From the NCBI GenBank assembly GCA_965216465.1, contig CBDCFW010000003.1:318323-382322 (forward strand): a stretch of DNA of 64,000 nucleotides, given 5' to 3'. The position numbers and the translations under genes are program-made. This document shows positions 50,792 to 60,229 of the stretch, in pieces (the stretch's first letter is position 1; each line of letters begins with the position of its first letter). Source of the DNA: Bacteroidia bacterium (GTDB taxonomy: Bacteria; Bacteroidota; Bacteroidia; NS11-12g; UBA9320). The notes under the pieces were generated by a model that made no database searches, was not told the origin of the DNA, and worked only from the letters and a program-made list of their open reading frames with translations.

Positions 50792-51405
50792 TCAAGAAGT
50801 ATTTTGATTTAACTAAAGAGCAAGAAGCGAAACTTACTGAGCTTTTGCCCTTATATACAGATTGGAATGCTAAGATTAATGTGATTAGCCGCAAGGATAT
50901 GGATCAGTTTTACACAAATCATGTGTTGCACGCCCTATCTATTGTAAAGCTTCACGACTTATCGCCGTACCAATCTGTAATGGATATTGGAACTGGTGGT
51001 GGTTTTCCGGGTATTCCGCTTGCTATAATGTACCCTGACATTGAGTTTATGTTAGTAGACTCGATTCAAAAGAAGACCAAGGTGGTATACAATGTCGCAG
51101 AAAACCTAGATCTAGAGAATGTTACTGTGGTTAATGACCGTTTTGAGAACATTCGTGAAAAGCATGATGCTATCGTTTCTCGAGCAGTGGCACCGGCAAT
51201 AAAACTCATCAAATTGACACAAAAGAGCCTTAAAAAAGATGGTGTGCATGTATTTCTTAAAGGCGGAGATTTAACTGATGAGCAATCAGAGGTTACTAAT
51301 CGTTATAAGAATGCACTATGGAACGAGACGTCGCTTAGCGATATTTATGAAGAAGACTTTTTCGAAACGAAGAAGTTAATTTCTCTTTCAGGACTTAAGG
51401 CTTAA
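50782..51405 (+). CDS. rsmG: 16S rRNA (guanine(527)-N7)-methyltransferase
   Basis: WNAKINVISR, DIGTGGGFPGIPLAI, VSRAVA, LKGG. Confidence 0.95.
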   Translation: MEVIKKYFDLTKEQEAKLTELLPLYTDWNAKINVISRKDMDQFYTNHVLHALSIVKLHDLSPYQSVMDIGTGGGFPGIPLAIMYPDIEFMLVDSIQKKTKVVYNVAENLDLENVTVVNDRFENIREKHDAIVSRAVAPAIKLIKLTQKSLKKDGVHVFLKGGDLTDEQSEVTNRYKNALWNETSLSDIYEEDFFETKKLISLSGLKA

Positions 51406-52027
51406 TAATCAGCTTTTTAGTTCCTTCTGTTGTTTCAATATTCAGGATTGTTTCGTACTTTATAAAAGATACGTCAAAGCATAAGTCAGTGGTTATGTAG
51501 GCTTCGCACATTTGCGGTTCATATTCCAAAACACATGCTCTTTGTGGTGGCAGTGATTTCATTTCTGCACTAGAAACCATAAGCACCTGATCTAGATTAT
51601 CTCCACATCCGGAAAAGCTAATGTTCATCTTTAAGATTCCTTTCTCCACTGAATAGTTGTTTAGTTTAAAAGGCGGCTTCTTAGCCTTTTGGAGCTCATC
51701 ACCTTTAACCACTTTTACAGGACGGCATTCGTTGGTAATTACCTCTAAGCACGTAATTTTTACAAGCTCTCCGGTCATGCAGATGCTAGCTCCATCAAAC
51801 TTCTCGTAGCTAAATGTAATAATATCACCGTTTTTAATGGTTTTCCCTTCAGGCAGTTCAGCGGGTTCAAATCGATCACCATCTGATTCTATAATTAAAC
51901 CACATCCATCTAGGCCCGTATAATCTTTAACTATTCCTTTTCGATCGCATTTATTCATATCTTCCTTTTCGCATGTTGTTGCCAGTAATGTGAGCATACC
52001 AACACAGATTAATACTAGTTTTTTCAT
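51395..52027 (-). CDS. Hypothetical Cys-rich lipoprotein
   Basis: LATTC lipobox; DYTGLDGCG, SICMTG, SGCG, SLPPQ. Confidence 0.7.
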   Translation of the reverse strand: MKKLVLICVGMLTLLATTCEKEDMNKCDRKGIVKDYTGLDGCGLIIESDGDRFEPAELPEGKTIKNGDIITFSYEKFDGASICMTGELVKITCLEVITNECRPVKVVKGDELQKAKKPPFKLNNYSVEKGILKMNISFSGCGDNLDQVLMVSSAEMKSLPPQRACVLEYEPQMCEAYITTDLCFDVSFIKYETILNIETTEGTKKLIIKP

Positions 52028-52533
52028 TTTAAGGGTTCGTTAAGTCTATAAATGGAGTCCATATTTAGGTTGAATTGATGCCGTGCAATGCTATCTTCCA
52101 GCAGGTAGTCATTTCTAATGCTATCAATTTTAGATTGGTTATTTCCATCATTCACTAGCTGGTTTATAATATTAAGATCTTGAGTAATAGCCTTAAAGTA
52201 GTTGGCATAGAGTCGATTTCCTAACGCAATGGCCAGGCTATCTTCACGAGTTTGCATACTATCAAGTGAATAAGCAATTGAAATGGAATCGACAGTAATC
52301 ATAAGCTTGTACATTTTCTCTTGGTAGGCCGAATCGGTTAAGTTTTGAGCATCTTGGCTCATATCCCTTACTATTTCACGAACTAGCAGGTGATTTTCTA
52401 CAATTTGCTCTGTGTAAGAGTTGTATTCTACGCCTTTCTTTTCAGGCTCTTTCTTGGTTGGATTTAATGTACAGGCAACTGTACTAGCGCAATAAATTAA
52501 TAGTGCCAGTTTTGGTATAAATTTTATTTTCAA
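52024..52533 (-). CDS. Hypothetical lipoprotein
   Basis: TTG start, TVAC lipobox; overlaps upstream gene by 50 nt. Confidence 0.6.
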   Translation of the reverse strand: MKIKFIPKLALLIYCASTVACTLNPTKKEPEKKGVEYNSYTEQIVENHLLVREIVRDMSQDAQNLTDSAYQEKMYKLMITVDSISIAYSLDSMQTREDSLAIALGNRLYANYFKAITQDLNIINQLVNDGNNQSKIDSIRNDYLLEDSIARHQFNLNMDSIYRLNEPLK

Positions 52534-55500
52534 AATCGGTGTATGTTATCAAGTAAATATAGGTTCCCATCATAACATCTTTGCCTTGATATACAGGATA
52601 CCATTTCTCATCGATGTTTTCAGATTCGTAAAGCTTTTCTCCCCACCTGTTGTAGATCTGAATCTTATACTCATTGATTGCTATACCTTTCACACCGAAA
52701 CCATCATTCAGGTTGTTATTGTCAGCAGTAAATGCGTTGGGAACAAATACTTCTGGAGAGAAATAGAAACAGATTTCATTACTCCATGAATTGGTTTGTT
52801 CGCCTCTATATTCTTCTGCAAAAACTCGGTAACATTTCTTGTATTGATCGGGTGAGTTTTGAAGTACAGTAGTCTGATTTGGGTTCATTCCTACTGATTT
52901 AAGCATATATGGCCCGTTGTTCACACTTTCGTATATCATGTAATCCTCTACCCCATTCATCCATCCAAAATAGTCAGTGAAGCTTACATTGATATTAAAG
53001 TCCTCATCTTGAAATCCTTTGAGATTGATGTTGGTATGTGGTTCAGAGTAGATTGTGGTTCCACACTTGTTTACTGCAGAAATTCGGTATTCGAATGTAT
53101 TATCATCCGTATTGATTCCCGTTTCTAGGTGATTAAAAATATAGCCAGGTTCGGTGCCAATGACAGTCCAAGCACCACCATTCACGTTGCGCTTTTCAAT
53201 GGTAAACTCATTTGTATTAGCCGCGAATACCAACTCCCAAGAAATATGCATTCGATCGTCTGGTGTACCCACGCTTACGTATCTTAGGTCAATCTCTAAG
53301 CGGTCAATTTCAACGTTTAATTTCTGCGTGTCACCAACACACCCTTTATCTGAAACCTCAACAACTTCCATTCTTACGAAAGGAATGGTTGGCTCCCAAT
53401 CGACAACAATGGATGGAGTTCCATTGCCTGATATCACATTTGCACCAAATACACTCCAATTAAAGACTGAAGTGTTGCTACCTGTTACGGAATACACTTG
53501 ACCTAATGTGTTTTCAGGACAAATAATGTCGTTACCCGATATTGGTGTTGTTGTTGGCTTTGGATTTACTGTAATAACCGTATCCACTAGAAGTCCTAAA
53601 CATCCGGCATCTGAAATTTCTTGCACTGAAAGGGTAAACGTTCCAAAATTATCCCAAGTAATATCAACGGTATTGGTTCCTTGTCCTGTAATGTTCGAGC
53701 TATCTCCATCTATTCTCCATACATAGGTTGAATTGGCAAATCCAGCTATTGTGTACGTTGCAGGCACATATTGACAAAGCTCTTCCGGGCCACTTATTTC
53801 ATCTGCCGTTGGAGTTGGATGAATGGTTACATTCAAGCTTACTGGATTACTCAAACAAGCTCGATTGTTCACCAAATCAAATGCTCTTTCTCGCATGGTA
53901 ACTATACCAGCTCCAGTTGCTCCCCAATCTACATAAACCGTATGCGACGAATCACCTCCTACTTGAGTCCCTCCTGCCACAGTCCAATCGTGTACACTGC
54001 CTGAAACTTCAAGTGTTTTATATTCTACTCCTAAATCAAACTCGCAAACATCTGTAGGTCCTTCAATTGGGTTTGCTATTAATGTATAGGTTTTGTCGAT
54101 GACGAGAGTAACTAGTGGACTCACACAACCGTGTCTATTCGTTTCAAAAACATCGACCTGACCAAATCCTTGATTGCCCCAGTCAACTGTTATTTCACTC
54201 GTCCCAAGGCCTGAGGTTATTGTTCCTCCAGTAACACCCCACGTATATACGGATCCCGCATTATCAACGGTGTTGTATTTTATTCCAACCGCGTTCGGAC
54301 AAACGGTTTGAGGTCCGGTAATTTGCGGATCTGGCTCACTTACATATACTTCTTTGATGGCAGTATCGCTAGGACAACCGAAACTGTTAAGTTCAACCAC
54401 TTTAATGGTGAAAGTTGGCGTGCCATAAGATCCTATCGTAACGTTGTTTGCCACCTGGCTACTAAAGTTACCATTTGTTATACTCCAATTGTATGTGTTT
54501 CCAGCTGTAAGTCCAACAGTATAGTTAAGTCCAACTTCATTCAGACAAACCGTATCTTTACCCGTAATTATTGGCAGAGGTGGACTTTCTTCAATGTTTA
54601 CATCAAGTTGAGTCCATTGACCTGGACAACCGTGCTCTGATATTTCACGCATTCGGATATATCCTTGGCCTGTTCCATCCCAATCGACTAAAACTTGTTC
54701 AGATGAGGTATTTCCTGATAGGTTTCCTTGATCTACTTCCCATTCGTATGTAGAATTGGGTTGGCCTCCTATAGCCGTATACACATAAGCGTTATAACGA
54801 CAGACGTCTGTTGGCCCGCTTATTTGATCAGTTCCGACAAACGAGTCGACATAAATCTCAACGCTGATATAATTAAACTTGGGAGGACAACCGTCGTCTT
54901 CAACTTGGAAGCTGACGATATATGGTTCTTCTCTGTGCTGATCGCAATCAATTTCCCAACAAAATTCAGAGGTAACATCTCCTGCTGCAGCCTTATTTTC
55001 AAAAGTGGCTGTAGTACCAGAAAAACCGTTTGTACTATCCAATGCTGGGCCACTTCCTGAAAGTTTAACCACGTCTCCATCTTCATCTGAAGCTGACACA
55101 TCAAAGCATAAAGTGCTTCCTGCTTCTACGCGAATCGTCTCTGCTGCACTCGTTGAAATTGTGGGTCTATTGTTTGGTGGACAATCCAAAACAAGAATCT
55201 GAAGGTCCATTCGAATCGTACTGAGAACAACACCATTTCTACTTTCGGTTACCTCTACACAGACCACATAACTTCCAACAGTAGGGGCAAAAAAAGTAGT
55301 TAAACCTGTATTTGGATTTATTGTCGTGACGCTTCCGTTATTTACACCAAATGGCAAAGCAGAATTGTATCCTGGATTATAAATCACAGGGTCAATTGGT
55401 AGGTCTAAGTTTGGTGGAGGGTCTGGTAATGCACCATTAGTGGTTGGTGAGCCTCCTTGAAATGGTCTTACAATTTTATATGAAAGTTCATCTCCATCTG

Positions 55501-56074
55501 GATCAAACGCATTGAATAAGAAAGTAGTTGTATCGTTTGCACACATGTACGGACTTGGAACCCCCGAAAATACAGGAGAACTGTTATTATACGTGGTGTT
55601 TGGGATGTAACAGTAATATGTTTGGCCTTGAAATGGAGACCCTGACTGATTGGGAAGATTGTTTTGAATATTTCTACAGCACCGAACAAATGTAAGGTGG
55701 TATCCTCCGTTGTAAGTAGCCAACTCAATTACACCTTCGTAAAAACCATACTCAATACAAACGTTCTTTGCGTAGTAATCGCAATCAACAGAACCCGGCG
55801 GTTGAACCTTAAATTTTGTGACCAGTCTAAAGGTATAAACTCGGTATCTATCTTTATCTGTATTGTTAAGGTATACCCCTAGCTTGATTTCATCGTCTAG
55901 AGCGACATCCGATTGGTGACAATCTCGATAAACATTTAGGGTGATTTTGTACCTAGAATTTCCATTACTGGCTTTACCTAAATACTCATAATTCATGTAC
56001 CCCCCGATAAGGTGGGTTGCTTTGAGTGGCAAGAATCCCAGAATTAGGAGCGATATGAGTAGTAATTTTTTAAT
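52484..56074 (-). CDS. T9SS cargo with PKD/Ig-like repeats and type-B (gliding motility-associated) C-terminal domain
   Basis: THLIGG..YE N-terminus; repeated I.GP..VC...YTW motifs; VPNAFT...NDGF...IYNRWGE...GTINLLR; signal peptide extends to ATT at 56074. Confidence 0.88.
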   Translation of the reverse strand: MKKLLLISLLILGFLPLKATHLIGGYMNYEYLGKASNGNSRYKITLNVYRDCHQSDVALDDEIKLGVYLNNTDKDRYRVYTFRLVTKFKVQPPGSVDCDYYAKNVCIEYGFYEGVIELATYNGGYHLTFVRCCRNIQNNLPNQSGSPFQGQTYYCYIPNTTYNNSSPVFSGVPSPYMCANDTTTFLFNAFDPDGDELSYKIVRPFQGGSPTTNGALPDPPPNLDLPIDPVIYNPGYNSALPFGVNNGSVTTINPNTGLTTFFAPTVGSYVVCVEVTESRNGVVLSTIRMDLQILVLDCPPNNRPTISTSAAETIRVEAGSTLCFDVSASDEDGDVVKLSGSGPALDSTNGFSGTTATFENKAAAGDVTSEFCWEIDCDQHREEPYIVSFQVEDDGCPPKFNYISVEIYVDSFVGTDQISGPTDVCRYNAYVYTAIGGQPNSTYEWEVDQGNLSGNTSSEQVLVDWDGTGQGYIRMREISEHGCPGQWTQLDVNIEESPPLPIITGKDTVCLNEVGLNYTVGLTAGNTYNWSITNGNFSSQVANNVTIGSYGTPTFTIKVVELNSFGCPSDTAIKEVYVSEPDPQITGPQTVCPNAVGIKYNTVDNAGSVYTWGVTGGTITSGLGTSEITVDWGNQGFGQVDVFETNRHGCVSPLVTLVIDKTYTLIANPIEGPTDVCEFDLGVEYKTLEVSGSVHDWTVAGGTQVGGDSSHTVYVDWGATGAGIVTMRERAFDLVNNRACLSNPVSLNVTIHPTPTADEISGPEELCQYVPATYTIAGFANSTYVWRIDGDSSNITGQGTNTVDITWDNFGTFTLSVQEISDAGCLGLLVDTVITVNPKPTTTPISGNDIICPENTLGQVYSVTGSNTSVFNWSVFGANVISGNGTPSIVVDWEPTIPFVRMEVVEVSDKGCVGDTQKLNVEIDRLEIDLRYVSVGTPDDRMHISWELVFAANTNEFTIEKRNVNGGAWTVIGTEPGYIFNHLETGINTDDNTFEYRISAVNKCGTTIYSEPHTNINLKGFQDEDFNINVSFTDYFGWMNGVEDYMIYESVNNGPYMLKSVGMNPNQTTVLQNSPDQYKKCYRVFAEEYRGEQTNSWSNEICFYFSPEVFVPNAFTADNNNLNDGFGVKGIAINEYKIQIYNRWGEKLYESENIDEKWYPVYQGKDVMMGTYIYLITYTDFENKIYTKTGTINLLR

Positions 56075-56165
56075 GGTTTAACCCTTGATGAACTGTATAC
56101 AAAAATATAACACTTTTATAGTACAAACGCATAAAAGCGGGTAATAGTTGTATCAAAATGTAGAC

Positions 56166-56684
56166 TTAAGATAAGCTTAACACAAAGTCGAGAAGTGAAT
56201 CAAACTGAAAGTCTTGATTATCGAATTGAAATTGAGGGTTAGTTATTCGTACTTTTAAAGCTCCAACACTGTCGGCTAATTCCATGTCTCCTGGAGAGTC
56301 ACCTACCATAATCGATTGACCAAAATCAATATCATCAAAATATGCCTTAGCCTTAATAAACATGCCGTTCTTCGGCTTTCTCCATTCATGTTTTGCACTA
56401 CGTAAATAAGGAGCAAACATGGCTAGATCAAAGTAGGATATGTTGCTTGCTTTTAGCGCATTATACATCTTTAAATGAACATCTTCTAGATCTTGTTCTG
56501 ACATCAACTCGCGATGGATTCCTTGTTGGTTTGTAACCAGAACAATACGACCAAAGATTGCACTTAATTGACCTAAGGCTTCTATTGCACCTTCACAAAA
56601 CTCAAAATCTTCTGGTTTTTTGGCGTAGTCATCTACTATGGGTTGATTGATAACACCATCACGATCGATGAATAAGGTCATCAT
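56166..56684 (-). CDS. gmhB: D-glycero-D-manno-heptose 1,7-bisphosphate phosphatase (HAD IIIA)
   Basis: FIDRDGVIN, VTNQQGI, RKP..GM, MVGD; cluster context. Confidence 0.85.
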   Translation of the reverse strand: MMTLFIDRDGVINQPIVDDYAKKPEDFEFCEGAIEALGQLSAIFGRIVLVTNQQGIHRELMSEQDLEDVHLKMYNALKASNISYFDLAMFAPYLRSAKHEWRKPKNGMFIKAKAYFDDIDFGQSIMVGDSPGDMELADSVGALKVRITNPQFQFDNQDFQFDSLLDFVLSLS

Positions 56685-56697
56685 CTTACAGTCGGCT

Positions 56698-57393
56698 TTA
56701 CTCGGCAAAGATGGTTTGTGCACGTACATAATCTTGTGGTATTCCAATATCTATAAATAAAGCGTTGTCAATGTAGCCACCCATTTGCACATTCTTGACT
56801 TTTGCCTCGAGAAATTCAGTCTCAAATGAGAACTTAGGAGTCAGAGGCATTTCGTTCAACATGCTTGTTCTAATCCAGTAAAGTCCTCCGTTAATTAGAC
56901 CAGACTTTAGTCCAACTTGTTTCTCCGAAAATTTAACTATGCGACTTCCATCTAATAACACGGTTCCATATCGATCAGGCTGTTCTATATTTTTTAAGGC
57001 GAGTGTTACTTCATTTTGTTTCTGCGAATGAACCTGCCAGAATTGTTCGAAATCAACATCAAACAAGGTATCGCCATTTACAATTAGGCAGTGCTCCTCG
57101 TGTGCTTTTTCAAGTGCAAGTTTTATTCCACCACCGGTTCCAAGCGGCTCATCTTCAACAGAATAAACTAAATCTACACCCTTGTATTCACTGCCATAAT
57201 GAGCTTTTATTACTTCGTGTTTGTATCCTACTGAAAGAATGATAGAGTTGATGTTAGCCAACGGCAGTTTCATTAAAATTTGATCTAAGAATGGTCTTCC
57301 AGCGACTGGAGCCATGGGCTTAGGTACATCAGAAACTACAGACTTTAAGCGAGTTCCTAGTCCACCTGCCAATATGATTACATCAAATTTCAT
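56698..57393 (-). CDS. hddC: Heptose 1-phosphate guanylyltransferase-like nucleotidyltransferase
   Basis: LAGGLGTRL, PKPMAPV.GRPFL, EPLGTGG, NGDT, FIDIGIP.DY; next to hddA. Confidence 0.8.
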   Translation of the reverse strand: MKFDVIILAGGLGTRLKSVVSDVPKPMAPVAGRPFLDQILMKLPLANINSIILSVGYKHEVIKAHYGSEYKGVDLVYSVEDEPLGTGGGIKLALEKAHEEHCLIVNGDTLFDVDFEQFWQVHSQKQNEVTLALKNIEQPDRYGTVLLDGSRIVKFSEKQVGLKSGLINGGLYWIRTSMLNEMPLTPKFSFETEFLEAKVKNVQMGGYIDNALFIDIGIPQDYVRAQTIFAE

Positions 57394-58418
57394 TCGTTTA
57401 TGGTGTAGGTGTACAAACCTTGATTGGTGAAGTGGTAGTTGTATTCTTTCACATTGAATTTTTGAAGCGAGCGAATCAATTGATGGCGATTTACTTCTGG
57501 ACAATAGAAAAAGAAGAAACCTCCTCCTCCTGCCCCACTGATCTTGCCTCCAGAAGCTCCATTGGCTATAGCTGTTGCATAAATTTCATCTATTTCAGGA
57601 TTGCTTATTCCTTCTGCCATTTTCTTTTTTGATTCCCAGCCGTAGTGCAGAACGCTGCCGATTGAATCAATTTCTCCAACGAGAATAGCTTCCTTCATTT
57701 TTACGCTTTGTTCTTTTAAGCGATGAGTAGCTTGAAGAGCTTGCTCGTCGTTTCCGGTAATATTCGATGTTTGTTTTTCGATAATTTTAGCAGACTCTCT
57801 ACTTGTTCCCATGTAAAACAACACCAGGTTATGTTCAAGCTCAGCCGCATATTTACGTTTTATCCGTAATGGGTTTACTATAACCTTGTCGTCTTTATAG
57901 AACTCCATGAAATTAAATCCACCAAATGTAGCTGCGTACTGGTCTTGTTTTCCTCCTGCGAGGTTGAGATCTTTTCTTTCAATCTCATAAGCGAGATTGG
58001 CAATATCATATTCACCTAGTGGAATCTTACACCATTCTACAAAAGCACCTAAAATACTGACTACTAAAGTGCTTGAGCTGCCAAGTCCTGATCCTGGAGG
58101 GGCATCTACAGCTGTATACATTTTAAAAGAAAGTGGCTTTTTAACGTAGTCTTTTACAATGCGATTGTATACACCTTTTAGCAGGGCTAGCTTTCCAGAA
58201 GGATCTAGAAATTCGGATGATGCAAGCGTTTCACTTTCTTGCATGTCTAAAGCTTCGAGATGAATTTCGTTGTTATCGGTTGGAATAATCGTGGTATGTG
58301 CAAACATGTTAATGGTTGCATTCAATATAGAACCGCCGTATATATCTGAATAAGGGCTTACATCGGTTCCTCCTCCAGCAAGGCCTAGGCGGAGTGGAGC
58401 TTTACTTCTGATTATCAT
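57390..58418 (-). CDS. hddA: D-glycero-D-manno-heptose 7-phosphate kinase (GHMP)
   Basis: APLRLGLAGGGTD, PPGSGLGSSS, GGKQDQY, KISGAGGGG. Confidence 0.9.
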   Translation of the reverse strand: MIIRSKAPLRLGLAGGGTDVSPYSDIYGGSILNATINMFAHTTIIPTDNNEIHLEALDMQESETLASSEFLDPSGKLALLKGVYNRIVKDYVKKPLSFKMYTAVDAPPGSGLGSSSTLVVSILGAFVEWCKIPLGEYDIANLAYEIERKDLNLAGGKQDQYAATFGGFNFMEFYKDDKVIVNPLRIKRKYAAELEHNLVLFYMGTSRESAKIIEKQTSNITGNDEQALQATHRLKEQSVKMKEAILVGEIDSIGSVLHYGWESKKKMAEGISNPEIDEIYATAIANGASGGKISGAGGGGFFFFYCPEVNRHQLIRSLQKFNVKEYNYHFTNQGLYTYTINE

Positions 58419-58494
58419 TGGCACAAAAATAAAAGCTTAGCTAGTGAATTAAGCACACCTGGATGTTATTCATCCATTTTTTTCGACTATTTAA

Positions 58495-58902
58495 TTATTG
58501 GTAAGCTTGAAGGCGTTCGGTCAGTGTTTCGACCGAATGGCCTTTTCCTTTAAAGCGTTCTTTCTCTTCACCATCTTTAAAGATGAGGATTTGCGGGAAG
58601 CCTGGAACACCATAATGCTCTGAAATGTCTTCATTCTCTTCATACTCTACTTCGTAAAATTTAACAAAAGAGAGGTTAGCATCTTCTGAAGCTGTTTCAA
58701 CTGCAGGACGTTGTTCTTCGCATATCTTGCACCATGAAGCATGAAAAAATACAAGAGAAACTCCTGAAGAAACATTCGTTTGAAGGTCAGACAGACTGTT
58801 GACATCTGTAATTTCATTTAGACTGGTATCTACCAATTCTTTTTTGCAAGAAGTAAGGGTTAATGCGGTTAGAGCTAGGCTTAAAATGAATAATTTTCTC
58901 AT
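58495..58902 (-). CDS. Thioredoxin-family lipoprotein
   Basis: LTSC lipobox; FHASWCKIC, GFP. Confidence 0.85.
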   Translation of the reverse strand: MRKLFILSLALTALTLTSCKKELVDTSLNEITDVNSLSDLQTNVSSGVSLVFFHASWCKICEEQRPAVETASEDANLSFVKFYEVEYEENEDISEHYGVPGFPQILIFKDGEEKERFKGKGHSVETLTERLQAYQ

Positions 58903-58993
58903 GATGAATTATAGCGAAGATGGTAAAAAAAGCTGACGATTAAAATGAAAATCAAAAAGATGATAATTATATGTTATAATTTAATGAAAAATG

Positions 58994-59001
58994 TAAATTT
59001 G
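58994..59001 (+). promoter_or_regulatory. -7 promoter element (TAAATTTG) for tRNA(CAT)
   Basis: TAnnTTTG match 12 nt upstream of the tRNA. Confidence 0.6.
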
Positions 59002-59013
59002 CACCCTCATTAT

Positions 59014-59087
59014 GGCGGGGTAGCTCAGATGGTTAGAGCGTCGGATTCATAACCCGGAGGTCGGCAGTTCGATTCTGCTCCCCGCTA
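59014..59087 (+). tRNA. tRNA with CAT anticodon (elongator Met; Ile2 not excluded)
   Basis: GGCGGGG/CCCCGCT acceptor, TTCATAA loop, GTTCGATTC T-loop; CCA not encoded. Confidence 0.92.
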
Positions 59088-59092
59088 CTAGA

Positions 59093-59128
59093 AAAGAGCT
59101 TTCACCTTTTGGTGAAGGCTCTTTTTTT
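59093..59128 (+). terminator. tRNA terminator
   Basis: AAAGAGCTTTCACC-TTTT-GGTGAAGGCTC-T7. Confidence 0.85.
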
Positions 59129-59131
59129 ATT

Positions 59132-59199
59132 TTAGAGCGGGACATAATCGAGGCTTATCCGCCGGAATAAAATGGAGGCGGGATTCTGCTCCTTGCTAC
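59132..59199 (+). pseudogene. Decayed partial copy of the adjacent tRNA(CAT)
   Basis: TTAGAGCG, GGA, CATAA, AGG and GATTCTGCTCC..GCTAC are collinear with the tRNA. Confidence 0.7.
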
Positions 59200-59228
59200 A
59201 AAGCTGTTCATCCGTGGACAGCTTTTTT
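59200..59228 (+). terminator. Second terminator after the decayed tRNA copy
   Basis: AAAGCTGTTCA-TCCG-TGGACAGC-T6. Confidence 0.75.
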
Positions 59229-59261
59229 CATTTGTCAAATTGAAGGAATGTAATTATTCAG

Positions 59262-59391
59262 TTGTAACGGTTTGAATATGGTGCCTTTGGCATTTTAACA
59301 CTTGATTTTTCATATTACTATTATAATTCTTAAGTACTATTATCTTCAACTTTAACACCATCTGTCAAATGCATAATATTCTTTGTTAGGC
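59262..59391 (-). other. attC-like recombination site (130 bp)
   Basis: Minus strand GCCTAAC (contains the stop codon of the upstream gene) ... GTTACAA; 19-bp imperfect inner stem. Confidence 0.6.
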
Positions 59392-60129
59392 TCCGTACAT
59401 TTCTTTCTTGCGTCTCTCTTGATATTTCTTCTCATATTTAAAGTTTCTATTCAGATATTCATCAATTTGACTGATTAATAAGAAGTATTCGGCTAATCTT
59501 CTAGGAATTCGTCCGTCTCTTGCATTTACAAATTCTTGTTTTTGTGGAATTATTTCTCTTCCTGCCGCATTAAACAATTCTGAATCCTTAATGGAATTAA
59601 GAATTTTGACAAGCTCAATGTCCAAATGCGGTAAAATAATGAATACTTCATTAATGTATTCTTCAGCTTCCTTTACTACTATATATTTCAAATATTCAAA
59701 CCAATTGTAGTTTCTTTTCATTAGACTAGTTGAGCAATGAGAATCAACAGGATCAAGTTTATTGAAAATCCTTAATAGTTCTTCCTCATCTAGTGGAAAA
59801 GTCAAGTTCTCAACTTTTGAGTTGATTATTAATCCTCTTGATGCTCTTGCTGCTCCTATGCATATATACGACAATCTTCTTTGTAAGTATTCAGCTGTGT
59901 TTTCTTTTGCTTTTTGTCGGGGGATAAAAACAACAATAAAATTAAAAATATAACTTACAACATAACCAATGGCAAGGCTACTTGAGATAATTCCAAATTC
60001 GTATCCAAACCATACTTTTTCTTCCCATTTCATTAAAATTAGCCAAGACAAAATAATAGACATTGAGATAAATAGGCCTCTCAACAGCCATTTTTCATTC
60101 TTAACATATAGTTTCAGATATTTAAACAT
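59386..60129 (-). CDS. Hypothetical membrane protein (two N-terminal TM segments), cassette-like
   Basis: 247-aa AT-rich ORF bounded by two attC-like sites. Confidence 0.75.
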   Translation of the reverse strand: MFKYLKLYVKNEKWLLRGLFISMSIILSWLILMKWEEKVWFGYEFGIISSSLAIGYVVSYIFNFIVVFIPRQKAKENTAEYLQRRLSYICIGAARASRGLIINSKVENLTFPLDEEELLRIFNKLDPVDSHCSTSLMKRNYNWFEYLKYIVVKEAEEYINEVFIILPHLDIELVKILNSIKDSELFNAAGREIIPQKQEFVNARDGRIPRRLAEYFLLISQIDEYLNRNFKYEKKYQERRKKEMYGA

Positions 60130-60155
60130 CGGCGCTCTATTTTATTCATTATTGT

Positions 60156-60215
60156 GGCTAACGTCTCCGCTATGAAACGTGTCCTGAAGGGCATGTTTTA
60201 TAGCGATTGTTGGCA
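60156..60215 (-). other. attC-like recombination site (60 bp)
   Basis: Minus strand TGCCAAC ... GTTAGCC; 17-bp inner stem fully paired on the + strand with three G:T pairs. Confidence 0.65.
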
Positions 60216-60229
60216 GTTCGTGTTTTCAT

